The notes under the pieces were generated by a model. The model was not told the DNA's origin. It did not search any database and was given only the letters and a program-made list of their open reading frames with translations. The position numbers and the translations under genes are program-made. 64,000 nt of DNA from Zancudomyces culisetae HAW-14-8 (Eukaryota; Fungi; Kickxellomycota): NCBI GenBank assembly GCA_052426225.1, contig JBNJNM010000015.1, positions 1,240,001 through 1,304,000 of the forward strand, given 5' to 3'. Each line of letters begins with the position of its first letter. Position 1 is the stretch's first letter. This document shows positions 1 through 12,689 of this stretch, piece by piece.

Positions 1-148
1 GTCCACTCTTATAGGAATCCCACTGTTTGTTCTTTTGTATGTTGTTTACAAGATTGTCAAGAAGACAAAGATTGTCAAATCTATGGATGTGGACCTTGTT
101 ACAGATTCAACAAATCTTATTGATTATACCACCGATACGGTGGTGTAG
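1..148 (+). CDS. 3' end of a fungal amino-acid permease (APC/YAT family), truncated by window start
   Basis: Frame 2 reads STLIGIPLFVLLYVVYKIVKKTKIVKSMDVDLVTD...TVV*, matching the last TM helix plus 'K.K.....DL' tail of yeast-type amino-acid permeases; TAG at 146-148. Confidence 0.75.
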   Translation, partial: STLIGIPLFVLLYVVYKIVKKTKIVKSMDVDLVTDSTNLIDYTTDTVV

Positions 149-556
149 CCTGCATCTGATGTTATAATTAGTTTATTTGTTACTTATTTTTGTTATGACT
201 GGTTGTTATTATTTGCATACTAGTATAATTCACATTATTTTTGCTACTAATAGAATTCACATGATAATTCCTCTCTATAAGTTCAATGACCAAATATGAT
301 TCAAATATCCGAGAAAGGCAGTTTAGTGTAATAAAATGTCCCAGTTTGTGACTACTCAAACAATTTTGGAGATTTTGAGCAATATTTGCCGTGGTTATAG
401 TATAATCAATGGTCCAGTTTGCTGGAGAACAGGTATATAGGCGTAAAAGAAATAGGGTAATTGATCTCATTTTAACTTTGAGCGCACTTTTTTTTATTTT
501 CACAAACACTGAGTTTCAAAAAACAACTCGTCAAAAGAAAAAAAAATAAATCATGT

Positions 557-2434
557 TCAAAATTGCAATGATTTTGAAGGGTAAAGGAAAGCTTGGTCAA
601 TGTGTGCACTCTCATCCAAATATTCGCTAGAATTAATCGGATAAAGTTTACTCAGGTCCAGTTTTGTATCACTTGTATTCATGCCACTATTTGTATTACA
701 CACACCCTCGTTGAATATATCATGCTCTTGATTGCTGAGGTTTTCAAGCATTGCAACCTCTGGGAAGTTAATCGCACTTCTCTTTGATCTGTGGTTCTGA
801 ATTGCATTGTTTCCATCATACAAATTGTCATAATCTGATGGAAGCGAAGTAGGTAATACATTTAACGAATGGGAGGGGTTATTTATCCTGGCAAGATCTT
901 GTACATGTTTAAATGTTGTACCTAATGGAAAACCATGCATTTGGGGGGCTGGTATGTTCCTATAATGACTTTCAGATGGATAAAGTCTGGTATATGCCAC
1001 ATTCTGGTTTTCATAAGGAAGCGATTGGTTACTTTTCATACCCTGATCCTCAGAAAAAATTAGCCCCAAGTCATTATACATGATTTTGGGTTGAAGGTGT
1101 GGTTGAAGCAGTGGCTGAAGCTGCGCTTGTGGTTGTGCTTGTGGTTGAAATTGGAGTTGAGGCTGAGACTGTGGTTGGATTTGGGATTGGTGTTGGGGTT
1201 GGAGCAGTGGCTGGAGCTGCATTTGTAGTTGTGTTTGTGGTTGTGGTTCCATAATACTTGTGATGGATGGAATGGTATTTGTGTATGCGAGAGTCTGCAT
1301 ATTATCTGGGGATACAACTGGTCGATTTCCGTAAAGATAAGCATTACTAATATCTCTAAGTATTCTATCGTCTCTGTGGTCAGAATTTACTAAATTTGTG
1401 ACTGTCCTTGGCATTTCCACTTTCTTTTTTTCATCTTTGTACGCTGTAGACAGACTTCTTTCAAGAATTTTTAGCAGTTTTTTAGGATTGTTATGAACCC
1501 TACTGTGTCTCCTTAGATTGCTAAGAACAGAAAATCTTTTTTTACATCCCGGATAATCACAGGGAAATGGTCTTTCACCAGTATGAACGTAGGTGTGGGT
1601 TTTTAGCGATGAAGGGCGTGAAAACCTTTTAGTGCAATATGTACATTTATACTTTTTAGTTGAATCTTCTTTCAAGGAAAAAAAGTCTGTATAGTCAACA
1701 GTATTTTGTAAAATTTCCATCGAGCTTTTGCATCCCAGCAACTCGACTTCAGCGCTGCTATTATGTACATCCTTGTTATTCGTGCTGTTCATTTCAAACA
1801 TGCTTTCATTTATGCTTGATTGATCCTTAGATACATTGTTGATGGTCGCAGAGGTTTTGTCGTTGTGTTCTTCTTGTGAGTTCATTTTGGTACTAGTTTT
1901 GTTTTCATTATTTGTGCTATCATGTACATTCTTGAGGAGCATCATTCCATCTGTGGTATTAGAATTCCTTTGAAACGTACTTGTATTTTGTGTTATACTA
2001 CTGTTTCTGCTACAATCATCCACTTGCTGGACACCAAGGATATCTAGGTCGCTTATAATAAGCGGACAAGTATATAAATTTACATTTTCTGACAGTTTGG
2101 TATCTTTGGTACTGCTATTATTCACCGAATAGCCGTTTTGAAATATCAGGCTATCATAGACTTGCTCAAGATTTAACCGAGGATTATGGTTATTTGAATT
2201 TGCGGAGAGTTCGTTAAATGTCAATCCGTGAACTTGAGCATCTGGAGAGAATATATCTGAAAGAGCGTATTTATTCGAGGGTTGTGGTGATATTGCTATG
2301 TTGTTTCCTTTGTTTGTCGACAAAACCCCCGTTACCTGCGAGCTTTTGTGTTTGATAGAAGGATCACGTGTAAATTCACCTTCATCATTATCCTTGTGGT
2401 CAAAATTATTACTAACTAACGATATTTCTGACAT
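557..2434 (-). CDS. Two-finger C2H2 zinc-finger transcription factor, MtfA-like
   Basis: 625-aa ORF with YKCTYCTKRFSRPSSLKTHTYVHTGERPFPCDYPGCKKRFSVLSNLRRHSRVH (RPSSL / SV.SNL recognition helices as in MtfA-type factors), N/S-rich N-terminus and a QP-rich segment. Confidence 0.85.
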   Translation of the reverse strand: MSEISLVSNNFDHKDNDEGEFTRDPSIKHKSSQVTGVLSTNKGNNIAISPQPSNKYALSDIFSPDAQVHGLTFNELSANSNNHNPRLNLEQVYDSLIFQNGYSVNNSSTKDTKLSENVNLYTCPLIISDLDILGVQQVDDCSRNSSITQNTSTFQRNSNTTDGMMLLKNVHDSTNNENKTSTKMNSQEEHNDKTSATINNVSKDQSSINESMFEMNSTNNKDVHNSSAEVELLGCKSSMEILQNTVDYTDFFSLKEDSTKKYKCTYCTKRFSRPSSLKTHTYVHTGERPFPCDYPGCKKRFSVLSNLRRHSRVHNNPKKLLKILERSLSTAYKDEKKKVEMPRTVTNLVNSDHRDDRILRDISNAYLYGNRPVVSPDNMQTLAYTNTIPSITSIMEPQPQTQLQMQLQPLLQPQHQSQIQPQSQPQLQFQPQAQPQAQLQPLLQPHLQPKIMYNDLGLIFSEDQGMKSNQSLPYENQNVAYTRLYPSESHYRNIPAPQMHGFPLGTTFKHVQDLARINNPSHSLNVLPTSLPSDYDNLYDGNNAIQNHRSKRSAINFPEVAMLENLSNQEHDIFNEGVCNTNSGMNTSDTKLDLSKLYPINSSEYLDESAHIDQAFLYPSKSLQF

Positions 2435-5334
2435 ATTTGACTTTGTGCTGCTTTGTGTTGCCTAGTACAGCCTTGCTATATCAGCTTATGAGGGAGGGAA
2501 GGGAGGCAAATTATGATGGTTTCAACAATATATACTTACTAATATATCATGTAGGTAAACAATAGGAGGTAGCTATTCCAAGTTCCCTAGGTTATATCTC
2601 AAAGATAATTACTGTTGTTTTTAAGTGTATTGTTGCTACAATTGTAATATTGAGTCTAGGATCGTGTATTATCTGTTACAAAGTGCTAAGTACTAGTTTT
2701 TTTTTGCTTTTTTTTTGTATTTGTATTATGGAAGAAAAATGAAGGATATACACTATGAATATAAAAGTAGGCAGTGTTGTACTTTCGAATATCGGGGTGG
2801 ATTGTTGCTAAAGGGGCTTTGCAAAGGACCAGATGAAAATGAAAATCTAATTGAAAAAAGTGCTTTATATATGTACTAGTGTTAAAGTATTCATATGGAT
2901 TAAATTTACAGGTCTATGTACTTGTAACGCAGATGCAAATAGGAGTAGTGTGTTATATGTGGATTATAAGCCAAAGTTTTGTTTTACGCTATTAGTTGTG
3001 TAATTTTGGTTGTAAAACTAGAGTAGAAAAAGGGAGCTAGAATTGGGCTGTTGGTTGACTATTTGCTTTTTTTTTTGATGTGCGCCCTTGTTAAATATGC
3101 AAAATTGCTAACTATTGGCCTCTTGCCTTGAGTTGAAGAAGTGTGTACAATAGATGTTACAATAGTAGTTGTAAGTGAACGATAGAACTTTGTGGGCAAG
3201 CTTACTAAAAAAAAATTTGCCAATGAATGTCTCTAGGTTTAGGCGCCAAGGTTTTAACTTGAGTTTAATTTGCCTAAAAATGTCGTTTACCAGAAACTAG
3301 GCGAAATGTACCCCACCTCCGGCTAGTTCCTACCTGGTACTTTTTTTTTGTTTTTTTTTTAAAAGTATGAAATATATTCTAGATCAATACTTTCAGTTAA
3401 AAGACATTGCATAATTGGATTTAAACTAAATCCTAATTGCCAATAAGGTCGGTTAGTGCATTATTACCTAACAGCTAGACTTTGTCTAAGAAAATTTAAG
3501 GGAACTAGAAGGGCCCAGATAACAGAATAAAATGGTTGTTACAATTCACCATAGTTGTAACTTGTGGATAAATGCAGATACTGAATACATTTACTGTTGA
3601 TCAAATATTGATGTGTGTAATATAGAAAAGCGAACAAAGAGGATACTGAGCTAGACTTAGTCTTTTTATAAAACCGCTAACGGGATTGGATTATGTGCTT
3701 TTGTGCTATTGCTATTACTTTTTGTTAAATTGCTAATAACGAAATAATTTAATATTGTATCCACCTAATGTAACAACGCTTTAGAACCTGGCTAGAGCTA
3801 AAGACAGAGCAAATAAGCTCAAATATACAAAAAAAATGATGTTCATATATCAAATGACTCTAAAAACACACACACTCATTGGCCTGCTAAAGGCACTACA
3901 AGTATTATTGATGGGTTTCAAACGCAAAAGGTTATCCGTTTATGTGTTTTAGTAAAACTAGCAGTTGAAATGTGCACTGGTTGCTTTCTATGTGTGCTTA
4001 TTTTGGCAATGGAGCTTTGGGATAAAGTGAAAAAAGAAAAAAATAGGCTAAATAAAAACACTTGGTATAGTACCACATCTCTCATAGCCAGTTCCAATGT
4101 ATTATTATACTTGTTGTGGTTCTCGACCTGAATTAATACTAGCAGTTAATATTGAAAGCTAAGCACAGTATTCTTAGTGTAGAACATGAAGGTGAAAGTG
4201 TATTGTCACTTCCAAAACACCAAAGAAAAAATATTAAAAGGGTTCAAGGTTTGTTTTTATAGATAATCCAAAAAAAGTAGGTACAAGGCGTTAATGAGAT
4301 GGTACCTATGCTATGGAAGGTCTCTACTGGTCTTTCTCAGCAAGAGATATTACCAGAATAGCTTTATAAAAAAATACTTATATAATTGAGAGTATCATTA
4401 ATCGCCACGCTTATTTTTAAAAAAATAAGAGACAAGATAACGCGGGTAACCTACAAAAAAAAAAGATTATGTAGTTTTTTTGAATTTTAATTACTGCTCT
4501 ACAAATATATTTATATAGTATACGGTTTTTAAATAGTGAGGTTATAATAAAGCGACTAAATGTGTGATGATGTATAAACTATGGTACAAGCAGATTAATA
4601 TGGCAAATCTATTAAAAGGCATTTTATTAACCTTTTCTGTGAATAGTGAAGTGAACCTTAAAAATTTATTATTGTATAAAACATTTAAATATATAGCCAA
4701 GAGTGTAGTTAACATTACTGTATAATAATGATATATCATTATCATTATCACTTTTTAGAATCAAGTGTGGAATGAAATGCAAGTCTGAAAAAAGATAGTA
4801 GGTAAAAAAGAAATGCTTGAAGGGGGAAGAGGGAAGAGAGAGAGGACAATAAAGTTAGGAATTCAGTGGGTCGCTGATCCAATAAATGGGAAACATACCA
4901 GAATTTGAACGAGACACCTACCAATAATCAAGTAGCGAGACGGAGATTGCCCAACACCTTGTTACAACCAGAAAAGTTGAAAATAAAACATGTTTAAAGC
5001 GGAGATAAAAAAGAAAACAGTAAAATGTTAGAATAAGACTGGAACCAAAGGATAGTTGTCATTAACAACAGTTAAAATAAGCTTCGTAATTATCAAATTT
5101 TATAACGCCAAGAAAAGAGCAAAAAAAAAAGAAAAGAAAGCTCGGTAAAAAAATTAAATAAAACGAAATATGTAAATGAGCATATTGTTGCAATTTGATG
5201 TAATTGCGTAATAATCAAAACAAAAATCCCAAATAAAAATACCAGGAAAAGGGAGAGCAAGGGAAAGAGAGAAAGTGTGAGTGTGTTGTGTTGTGTGTGA
5301 ATGGAAAAAAGGAAAATTTTAAGGCCAGCAAAAG

Positions 5335-5376
5335 AGAAATAGAAATAGAAATAGAAATAGAAATAGAAATAGAAAT
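5335..5376 (+). repeat. (AGAAAT)7 hexamer microsatellite upstream of BRO1
   Basis: Seven perfect tandem AGAAAT units read directly. Confidence 0.95.
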
Positions 5377-5473
5377 AATAGTAATATAAACTAGAGAACC
5401 GGCTATATTTGTTCTAACTCTTGCTTACAATACTAGGACATAGAACAAAAAGAAAAAGTAAAAAAAAAACAAA

Positions 5474-8405
5474 ATGGAAAGAGCACTGTGGTTACCACCC
5501 GTGGAAATCCATCAAAAAGAGACAAAGTATGTAAGTTGGAAACAGGCAATCTCTGGGTATATCGAAATGGTATTCCAAGAAAGCTCAGCCAACTATTCTG
5601 CACAGATAGAACAATTTGACGAGCTACGGCAAAAAATGAGCAAGGCCAGTTATGATGTTTTTGGTCGAAATGCAGTGTACCAATATTACTCGCAATTGAA
5701 TCTTTTGGAAATGAGGTTTCCACCCGGGAAACCCATGATTACAGGGCCAAGATTTGAGTGGACCGACATGATAACAGGAGAGCTGTTGTCTCAACAGAGC
5801 TTGGCGTTTGAAAAGGCTGGGGTGTTGTTTAACTTGGCCAGTATACAGGCAATGTATGCAAACAAATTAATGCGAAAAATGATAAGCCAGCTTGAAAAGG
5901 AAAGAGAGAGGGCAAAAGAAGAAGAAGATAAAAGGTGGAGAGAGGAGGGAAATGGGGGGCAAGGGGATGGAGATGAAGACGGAAGGGAAGGTGAAGAGGT
6001 GGAAGCGGAGGTGGAAAACAAAGAGGAAAAAGAAGGTGAAGGTGAAGAGGGGAATGAGGTCGAGGGAAAACCAGGAGATGGGAGTAAACATAGTAAAGGT
6101 GATATAGAGTTAGAAGAAGAGCTAGGAAGCTTAGAGCACGACAAGAGAGGAAAGAAGAGCGGGTTTAGTGAGAATAAAAAAGAAAAGACAAAGCAACGAC
6201 AAGGAAAAAACGAAGAAAAAAGAAAAAGTGTGCTTGAAAAGATGAACGAAAAGTTGAGAAGAGCATGCTCTGCATACCAAAATGCGTGTGAGATATACAT
6301 ATATTTGGAGAAAAACTTTATGCATGCACCATCAATAGATTTGCACAAAAAGACAGTGAATATACTAGGTCAGATAACATTGGCAGAGGCACATGAATGT
6401 GTGATTGTAAAGGCCATTATTGAAAATAAGAAAAGCGCAGTTATGAGCAGACTAGCGGCACAGGCAAGCTATATGTATAACAAGTTGGTGCGAAGGTTTA
6501 ATAGCGATGAAGCTTTTGGACATGGTGAAGAAGATGAGGACGAGGAAGGTGAGGATAGAACAAAAGTGAAAGGAGATAGCGAGGGAAGAAAGAGAAAAAA
6601 GAAAAAAAGAGGGGAGAGGAGGGGAAAAGAAGATGGAGAAAGCGATGAAGACACAGATAGCAGTAGTGAATATGACGAGGAAGAAGATAGAGAAGAAGGG
6701 GATGGGGAAGGGGAGGGTGATGAAGAAGGGAAAGAGTCGGATGAGGAGTTTATTGAAGAAGAGCTACCGCATGGATGGAAGGTAGTTTGTGAAGTAAAGG
6801 CATACTATTATGAGGCATTGACGCAATACTATGAGTCGGAGATAGCACTTACAAAATGCAATTACGGAGAAAGAGTAAGAAGACTAGAGGTGGCACAGAG
6901 AGCAGCGAAAAAGGCATATGCGAAATCAAAGGGGTTTGAACCATCAATATTTAGCGGCACACGCGAATATTTAATGAATGGGTTGGGCGCGATAGGATGT
7001 AAGGAGCTTAAAGAGGCAATGTCGAACTTTTCAAAAGAAATGAGCGAGAGGTGTAAGCAGGCGACAACAGAGAACGAGATGATATATCACGAGGCAGTGC
7101 CAGAGGAAGAAAGGTTGAAGAGGACCGAGCGTGTGGAGGTGGTGCAACCAGTAAAATTTGTGGATATACTTGAGGAATGGGAGCACGAAGAGGTGATGGG
7201 AAAGGAGATATTTAGCAACTTGGTATCGATTGATGTGCACAAGCGAGCAAGTATGTATAGTGAGGAGCAGGCGAGGATGCTTAGAACAGAGGAGGAAAAG
7301 GTGATGATATCAGAAGGGGAGATGGAGGCAGCACTAGGCTATTTACAAGTTCCAGGGATTCTTAAGTTGATATATCCATATGCACAGGATAGCAAAGCAG
7401 CCGTAGAAGAGGAAATTGAAAGTATGTGCAAACCAAGCGAATTGTTGGTAGAGCTGGGCAAGAAGATGAACGAGGAAGGCGCGGAAGTTAAAGAAGCAAG
7501 TGTGATGATGGTACAAATGGAAACGCTTAAAGAAATGGTGGACCGAGATATGAAGAAAAGTGAGGAGATGATAGAGGGTGAAACAATTGATAGCGGTGAT
7601 ATGGGGCTTGATTTGGAGAGAATTCAGGATGAATTGCAAATAAGGCGCAGGGCGTTTGACCAGGCATTGAGTTCAGACGAAAGGATAACCAAAATGTATA
7701 AGGAGAACATTGAACCGGTAGAGGAAGTGTTGAGGTTAAGAAAGCCATATGAGAGTTATTTGGAGGAGGTAATCAAAGAGGCAATGAGAAAAGTGGAGGA
7801 TGTCGGGCGAAGAAATGGAAAGTCGTTGATGGATTTAGGAGAAGAGGAATCAGATAAGATGGCAGTAGAAGGCGGAATAAGCGCATTAGTGGATAGCGTG
7901 GAAGGGATATATAGTGATGCCAAATTGTTGAGTGCGGAACGTAGGAAATGTTTAGAGCAGTTGAAAGCAGCAGCACGTGAAGAAGACATTACAGGAGTAT
8001 TGGTGTTTTCAAAGGGAGGTGGCGGGAGCAATAATATGAATAACGGAGGTATGAAAAACGATCAAGATATCTTTACAGAACAACTAACAAAGTTTAAGCC
8101 GCTTGTTAGCAAGCTGAAGGCGTATGATTATACACAGCAGCAACTGGTTAAGAAGTTGACGTCACAAGTCAAACGATTGGTGGAAAATGCAGAAGTCCAA
8201 ATGATCAATAAGCGACGAGATGCTGGGTTGGTGGCCAAGGAGCAGGCAGAGCAAAAGTTGATAGATGCATACAACGACTATAGCAAGTTGATTTCGGGAC
8301 TGCAGAGTGGGATCAAGTTTTATGAGGATCTTGGAGGATTAGTTAGGAAATTAAAGATTAAGATTGAGAGGTATTTAAACAGTAAGAAGTATAGTACTAA
8401 TAATC

Positions 8406-8451
<46 letters not shown>

Positions 8452-9703
8452 GCAACAGCAACAACAGCAACAGCAAAACGGAGCAAGAGATTTAACTTTG
8501 CAAATGGATAAACTACAAATCAACCAAGGTATGAATAACAACAATACATATGATCAACCGAAAACAAGCCCACTTTCAACACGTGTATCAACACATGCGC
8601 CAAATATAACTCCAATAACTCTGGCTCCTCCAATTACAGTGATGAGCCAAGCAGATATTGAAGAAAAGTATCGACAAACAATGGCATTTGTTAATGCATC
8701 AATAATCTCACCCATTCAACAACAACCTCCAGTTCAGCAACAACAGTATAACCCATATTCATATCAACAACAACCAGTTCAACAACAACCAGTTCAACAA
8801 CAACCAGTTCAACAACAACCAGTTCAACAACAAAACCAAGACTTGAAATATATTTCATCATATGACACTAGTAATAATGAAATCAATCAACAGTCTTTAT
8901 ACAAACCACTTCAACCTCAACCTCAACCTCAATCCTATCACCAAACTCAATCCTATCATCAACCTCAACCTCAATACCTTTCTAACTATACCCCTAGCTC
9001 ACAATCTACAACTCCCTTGTCCCGTCCTGCTACCATGAATCCGAATACAACCAATATTAACAATACAAATAATGATGCTTACTTGTCACCAATGTACCAG
9101 CAGCCCGCTTATAAACAGCAACCCGTATATCAACAACAGCCAGTATATCAGCAACCAACATACCAACAACAGCCAACATACCAGCAGCAACCAACATACC
9201 AACAACAGCCAACATACCAGCAGCAACCTATTTATCAACAACAGCCTATTTACCAACAACAACAACAACAACCAATCTATCAACAACAGCCAATCTATCA
9301 ACAACAACCCATTTACCAGCAACAACCAACATACCAACAACCTGTGTATCAACAATCTCCAACATACCAGCAACAAACATACCAACAACCCGTATATCAA
9401 CAGCCTGTATATCAACAGCCACCACCACCTCTACCTCTACCTCTACAACAACTTCCAATGCAGCCACAATATCAACAACCTCAACAACAACTTCCACCTA
9501 TAAACAACTCTCCTTACTACTATTCTCCTCCAGTAAATAACTCACAAAACTTTGCCTTCTCTCAACAACCACAACAACCACAACAGCAACAACAGCCTAT
9601 TTACCAACAACAAACATACCAACCTCATGCTCAACAACAAAATTCTTCCTCTCAACCCAACCACTCTTCTAGAGGCAAAAAACCATTTAATCTAATGGAT
9701 TAA
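5474..9703 (+). CDS. BRO1: BRO1/ALIX-family ESCRT-associated protein (Bro1 domain, V domain, P/Q/Y-rich tail)
   Basis: 1409-aa intronless ORF; Bro1 motifs FEWTD...SLAFEKAGVLFNLA, NFMHAPSIDL, ENEMIYHE.VP, IFSNLV...ASMYSEE; V-domain GIKFYEDL; long Pro/Gln tail favours BRO1 over RIM20/PalA. Confidence 0.88.
8405..8476 (+). repeat. (CAA/CAG)n polyglutamine tract in BRO1
   Basis: About 24 consecutive Gln codons. Confidence 0.95.
9093..9420 (+). repeat. Tandem 15-18 nt repeats encoding (Y-Q-Q-Q-P-[T/I/V])n in BRO1 tail
   Basis: Translation shows >15 YQQ(Q)P units. Confidence 0.9.
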
Positions 9704-9970
9704 TTGGTACAACATTTCCCTCTCTTTTTTCTTTCCTCCCTTTTTAATTTCCTTTTTAATTCTATGTTTATATTATATTTTGTTTTTATTTGGACATTCT
9801 AGTCTAATAATTTAATGATAGAATAAATATTAATCAAGTCAAGCATCTAAAAGGATATTTTATTATGAATAATTGAATAATTGAATAATTGATTGAATTA
9901 ACAACTTGGGGCTTTCCTTTTTCCTTTTTCCTTTTTCCTTTTAGTTTTTTTTTTAAAAAAAAAAGTAGAA

Positions 9971-11764
9971 TTATACAATTACAATGTTTGGATCAGAAGG
10001 ATCAATTCGGCCCTTCCAATATACATTGGAATCCGTTCGTGGTTTGCATAATCGATCCACAAAATTGTACAAACAATTATGTTCGGAATAGGGACTCGAA
10101 TTTTCTCCAAAAATGGTCGAAAGAATCCCCTGTGATGAATGGATTTGTTCGTTGGTTGTCATGTTAAAGCACATCAAGTATATGTGGAAAAACGTCAATC
10201 CACCAACAAAACACAGAAATGGAAGAAGGTAGATTATCAGAGTAATAGAAATTGCCACTCGTTTAGCCGTCGATAGACTATCTATCCCTCCCGCTCCCTC
10301 TTGTACATCTAAAGAAAACGAAGATACAAGATAGTATACCGTAAATCCTATTATATAAAGACATCCTATCATGGTCGATACCACAAATGCAAAGAAGTAT
10401 CGATAGTTTCTCTTGCCAATACAATTATTTAGCCACACACAATGGTGGTCCTCATACTCCACACAATTGTCACATTGTCGACAGTGTGTCGCTCGAGGTG
10501 GTCTATATATCCGACAAGTATGGCAGTATTTTAATCTAATCAGCTTCCCATTGATTACCACCTCCTTGGAGCTGGGATGGTAATACCGATAATTGATCCT
10601 CGAACCTGTAAACCCTCCACGTGCACCCCCATCACTACCATCTCCATTTCCATCTCCACCCCCACTTCCCTCGTCTATTATCAAAAATGGCGGTGGAAGG
10701 TTTTCATTATATTCAATAACTACCCTCTTGTCCCTTTTTTTCTTTATTTCCTTTTGTTTTTTTTTCTCCTTTTCTCTTAATTGTTGTTGCCGTTTAGTAT
10801 CCGTTGAACTACTCCCCATTATTTCATCCTTTATACTTTCTTGCCTCATTCTTGTTCTTATCTTCTCCTCAGCTCCCCTCATTATCTCCCCCCTTTTCCC
10901 CTTCGCCTTCCCCTTTTCCTCCCCTTTTCCTTCAGCTTTAACTTTAACTTTAACTTCCCGTTCCTCTTGTCCCTCTTCTCCCCCACTTAGGATTCCCTCT
11001 ACAATATCCTTTCCAGATACTTGACGTGTATTCCCACTATTATCACTGCGATCACTATTTGCTCTAGTTGCTGCTCGAGTTCTAGTATTTGGTACCACAT
11101 GTGATGTGGTGGACTCCATAGAGTCTTTACCCACTACTTTTGGGTATCCTCTACCATGAAGCACTCTTTCTCTGTAATCTATATGTGATTCTTTGCTATT
11201 TTCAGTCTCTTGTGCATATTTTAATACTGTTACATCTGTTTTATTACTACTAGCATCGCTGTTCAAATTACTAGTAAGTCCACTCAACCTCCTTTCAAAT
11301 TTTCTATCCTCTTGGTGCTGTAGTTGTGGTGGTAGCTCTAATCGTAATCGCGATTGTGGTTGTGGTTGTGGTTGCGGTTGCGGTTGTGGTTGTAATTGTG
11401 GTTGAGATGGTCTGCCACCAAAAAATGGATTGCTATAGTCTTCATCGCTAACCGCATCTAGATTTCTAGGAATAATTCCTGGATCGGTAAATGCCGACAT
11501 AAACATCGAAGAAAAGATAATTAGTAGCAGATATATAAATACCAATACTGGCACAATACTGACATTCTTCCAAACGTATGGACAAATAAACACCAAGAAA
11601 ACTATAATTGGGAGCAAAAGCAAGATTATCGAAAGCAAAAAGATTTTGAAATTGGCACCGCTCACCAATCGTCCTTTGAAAAAGTACTTGTTGTTGCTGG
11701 TGTATACTTGATAGACCCTTTTTTCTCCCTCCCTGGTTTCGGGTTTTGATGATTTGAAATTCAT
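9971..11764 (-). CDS. ERF2: DHHC palmitoyltransferase, ERF2/ZDHHC9-like
   Basis: N-terminal N.YFFKGRLVSG, two TM helices, TDPGIIPRN, KYCHTCRIYRPPRATHCRQCDNCV...DHHCVWLNNCIGKRNYRYF, two further TMs and TTNE motif. Confidence 0.9.
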   Translation of the reverse strand: MNFKSSKPETREGEKRVYQVYTSNNKYFFKGRLVSGANFKIFLLSIILLLLPIIVFLVFICPYVWKNVSIVPVLVFIYLLLIIFSSMFMSAFTDPGIIPRNLDAVSDEDYSNPFFGGRPSQPQLQPQPQPQPQPQPQSRLRLELPPQLQHQEDRKFERRLSGLTSNLNSDASSNKTDVTVLKYAQETENSKESHIDYRERVLHGRGYPKVVGKDSMESTTSHVVPNTRTRAATRANSDRSDNSGNTRQVSGKDIVEGILSGGEEGQEEREVKVKVKAEGKGEEKGKAKGKRGEIMRGAEEKIRTRMRQESIKDEIMGSSSTDTKRQQQLREKEKKKQKEIKKKRDKRVVIEYNENLPPPFLIIDEGSGGGDGNGDGSDGGARGGFTGSRINYRYYHPSSKEVVINGKLIRLKYCHTCRIYRPPRATHCRQCDNCVEYEDHHCVWLNNCIGKRNYRYFFAFVVSTMIGCLYIIGFTVYYLVSSFSLDVQEGAGGIDSLSTAKRVAISITLIIYLLPFLCFVGGLTFFHIYLMCFNMTTNEQIHSSQGILSTIFGENSSPYSEHNCLYNFVDRLCKPRTDSNVYWKGRIDPSDPNIVIV

Positions 11765-12024
11765 TTTTGTCCCATTATTTGTTGTAGGTTTAACTTGTAA
11801 AATTAGTATAGTACAATTGAAATTTGAGTTAGATCTTGAATTTCGTCAATGAATCGTGTTTTTTTTTAAATTAGTTTTCTGTGTATCTCTATTTTATTCC
11901 TGAAGAATAAAAGAAAACTTGATTATCACTTTTATATGTAATTTATAAACCCAATATATTTATCCTAGTTTATATCCTTTAATTCAGGTTTGAAAAAAAA
12001 TTGATACAATAAACGCGATGATGT

Positions 12025-12060
12025 TTGGAATTGGAATTGGAATTGGAATTGGAATTGGAA
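12025..12060 (+). repeat. (TTGGAA)6 hexamer microsatellite
   Basis: Six perfect units. Confidence 0.95.
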
Positions 12061-12659
12061 TTTTTTTTTTTTAATAGTGAGATAGTTTTACCAAATAATG
12101 TATTGCAATTAGTTAAAGCATAAATATTTGTTTTGGCAAATATCTGAGGTGAGTATGAATTAATTTATTTTTTGTAGCTTTATTGAATTTTAATGAATAA
12201 TTTTTACTATTGATTTTAGGTAAACATAACAAAATTAATTACACAACATATTGGCTGTTTAGAAAAATAAATAAACAAAGAGAAGAAAAAAAGTGCATGC
12301 TAAAACAGACTTGTTGAAATTATCCACAAACCAAGGTCTAGTTTACTGGCTAAACTGAATACTAGCTGTAAAGGTATGGTGGAAAAAGGTTAGGGTATTT
12401 CTTGTAAACGAATTACCTTACGCTTACAAAAATTAAAGCTGCATCAAATATATCCAATAGATATCAATTAGAACATGTATTCTTTTTTGGGTAATTGTAC
12501 AGACATGTGGCAGAAGTTTGAGTATGATATTGTTATTCCTCTTTATGTACCAGAGAGAGAGAAAGAGGGAGATAGGAGGAAAGCTTGGTTTGCGGGTTTT
12601 TTTTTCGGGAGAGAGGGTAAAAGCAACAAGATTATACATGATACATACGCTTTATCACG

Positions 12660-12689
12660 TTTGCATTTGCATTTGCATTTGCATTTGCA
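12660..12689 (+). repeat. (TTTGCA)5 hexamer microsatellite
   Basis: Five perfect units followed by (TTATCA)2. Confidence 0.95.

Noticed and set aside
9093-9420. Regularly spaced short repeats considered as a CRISPR-like array
   Set aside because: In-frame YQQQP coding repeats with no unique spacers; eukaryotic context and no cas genes.
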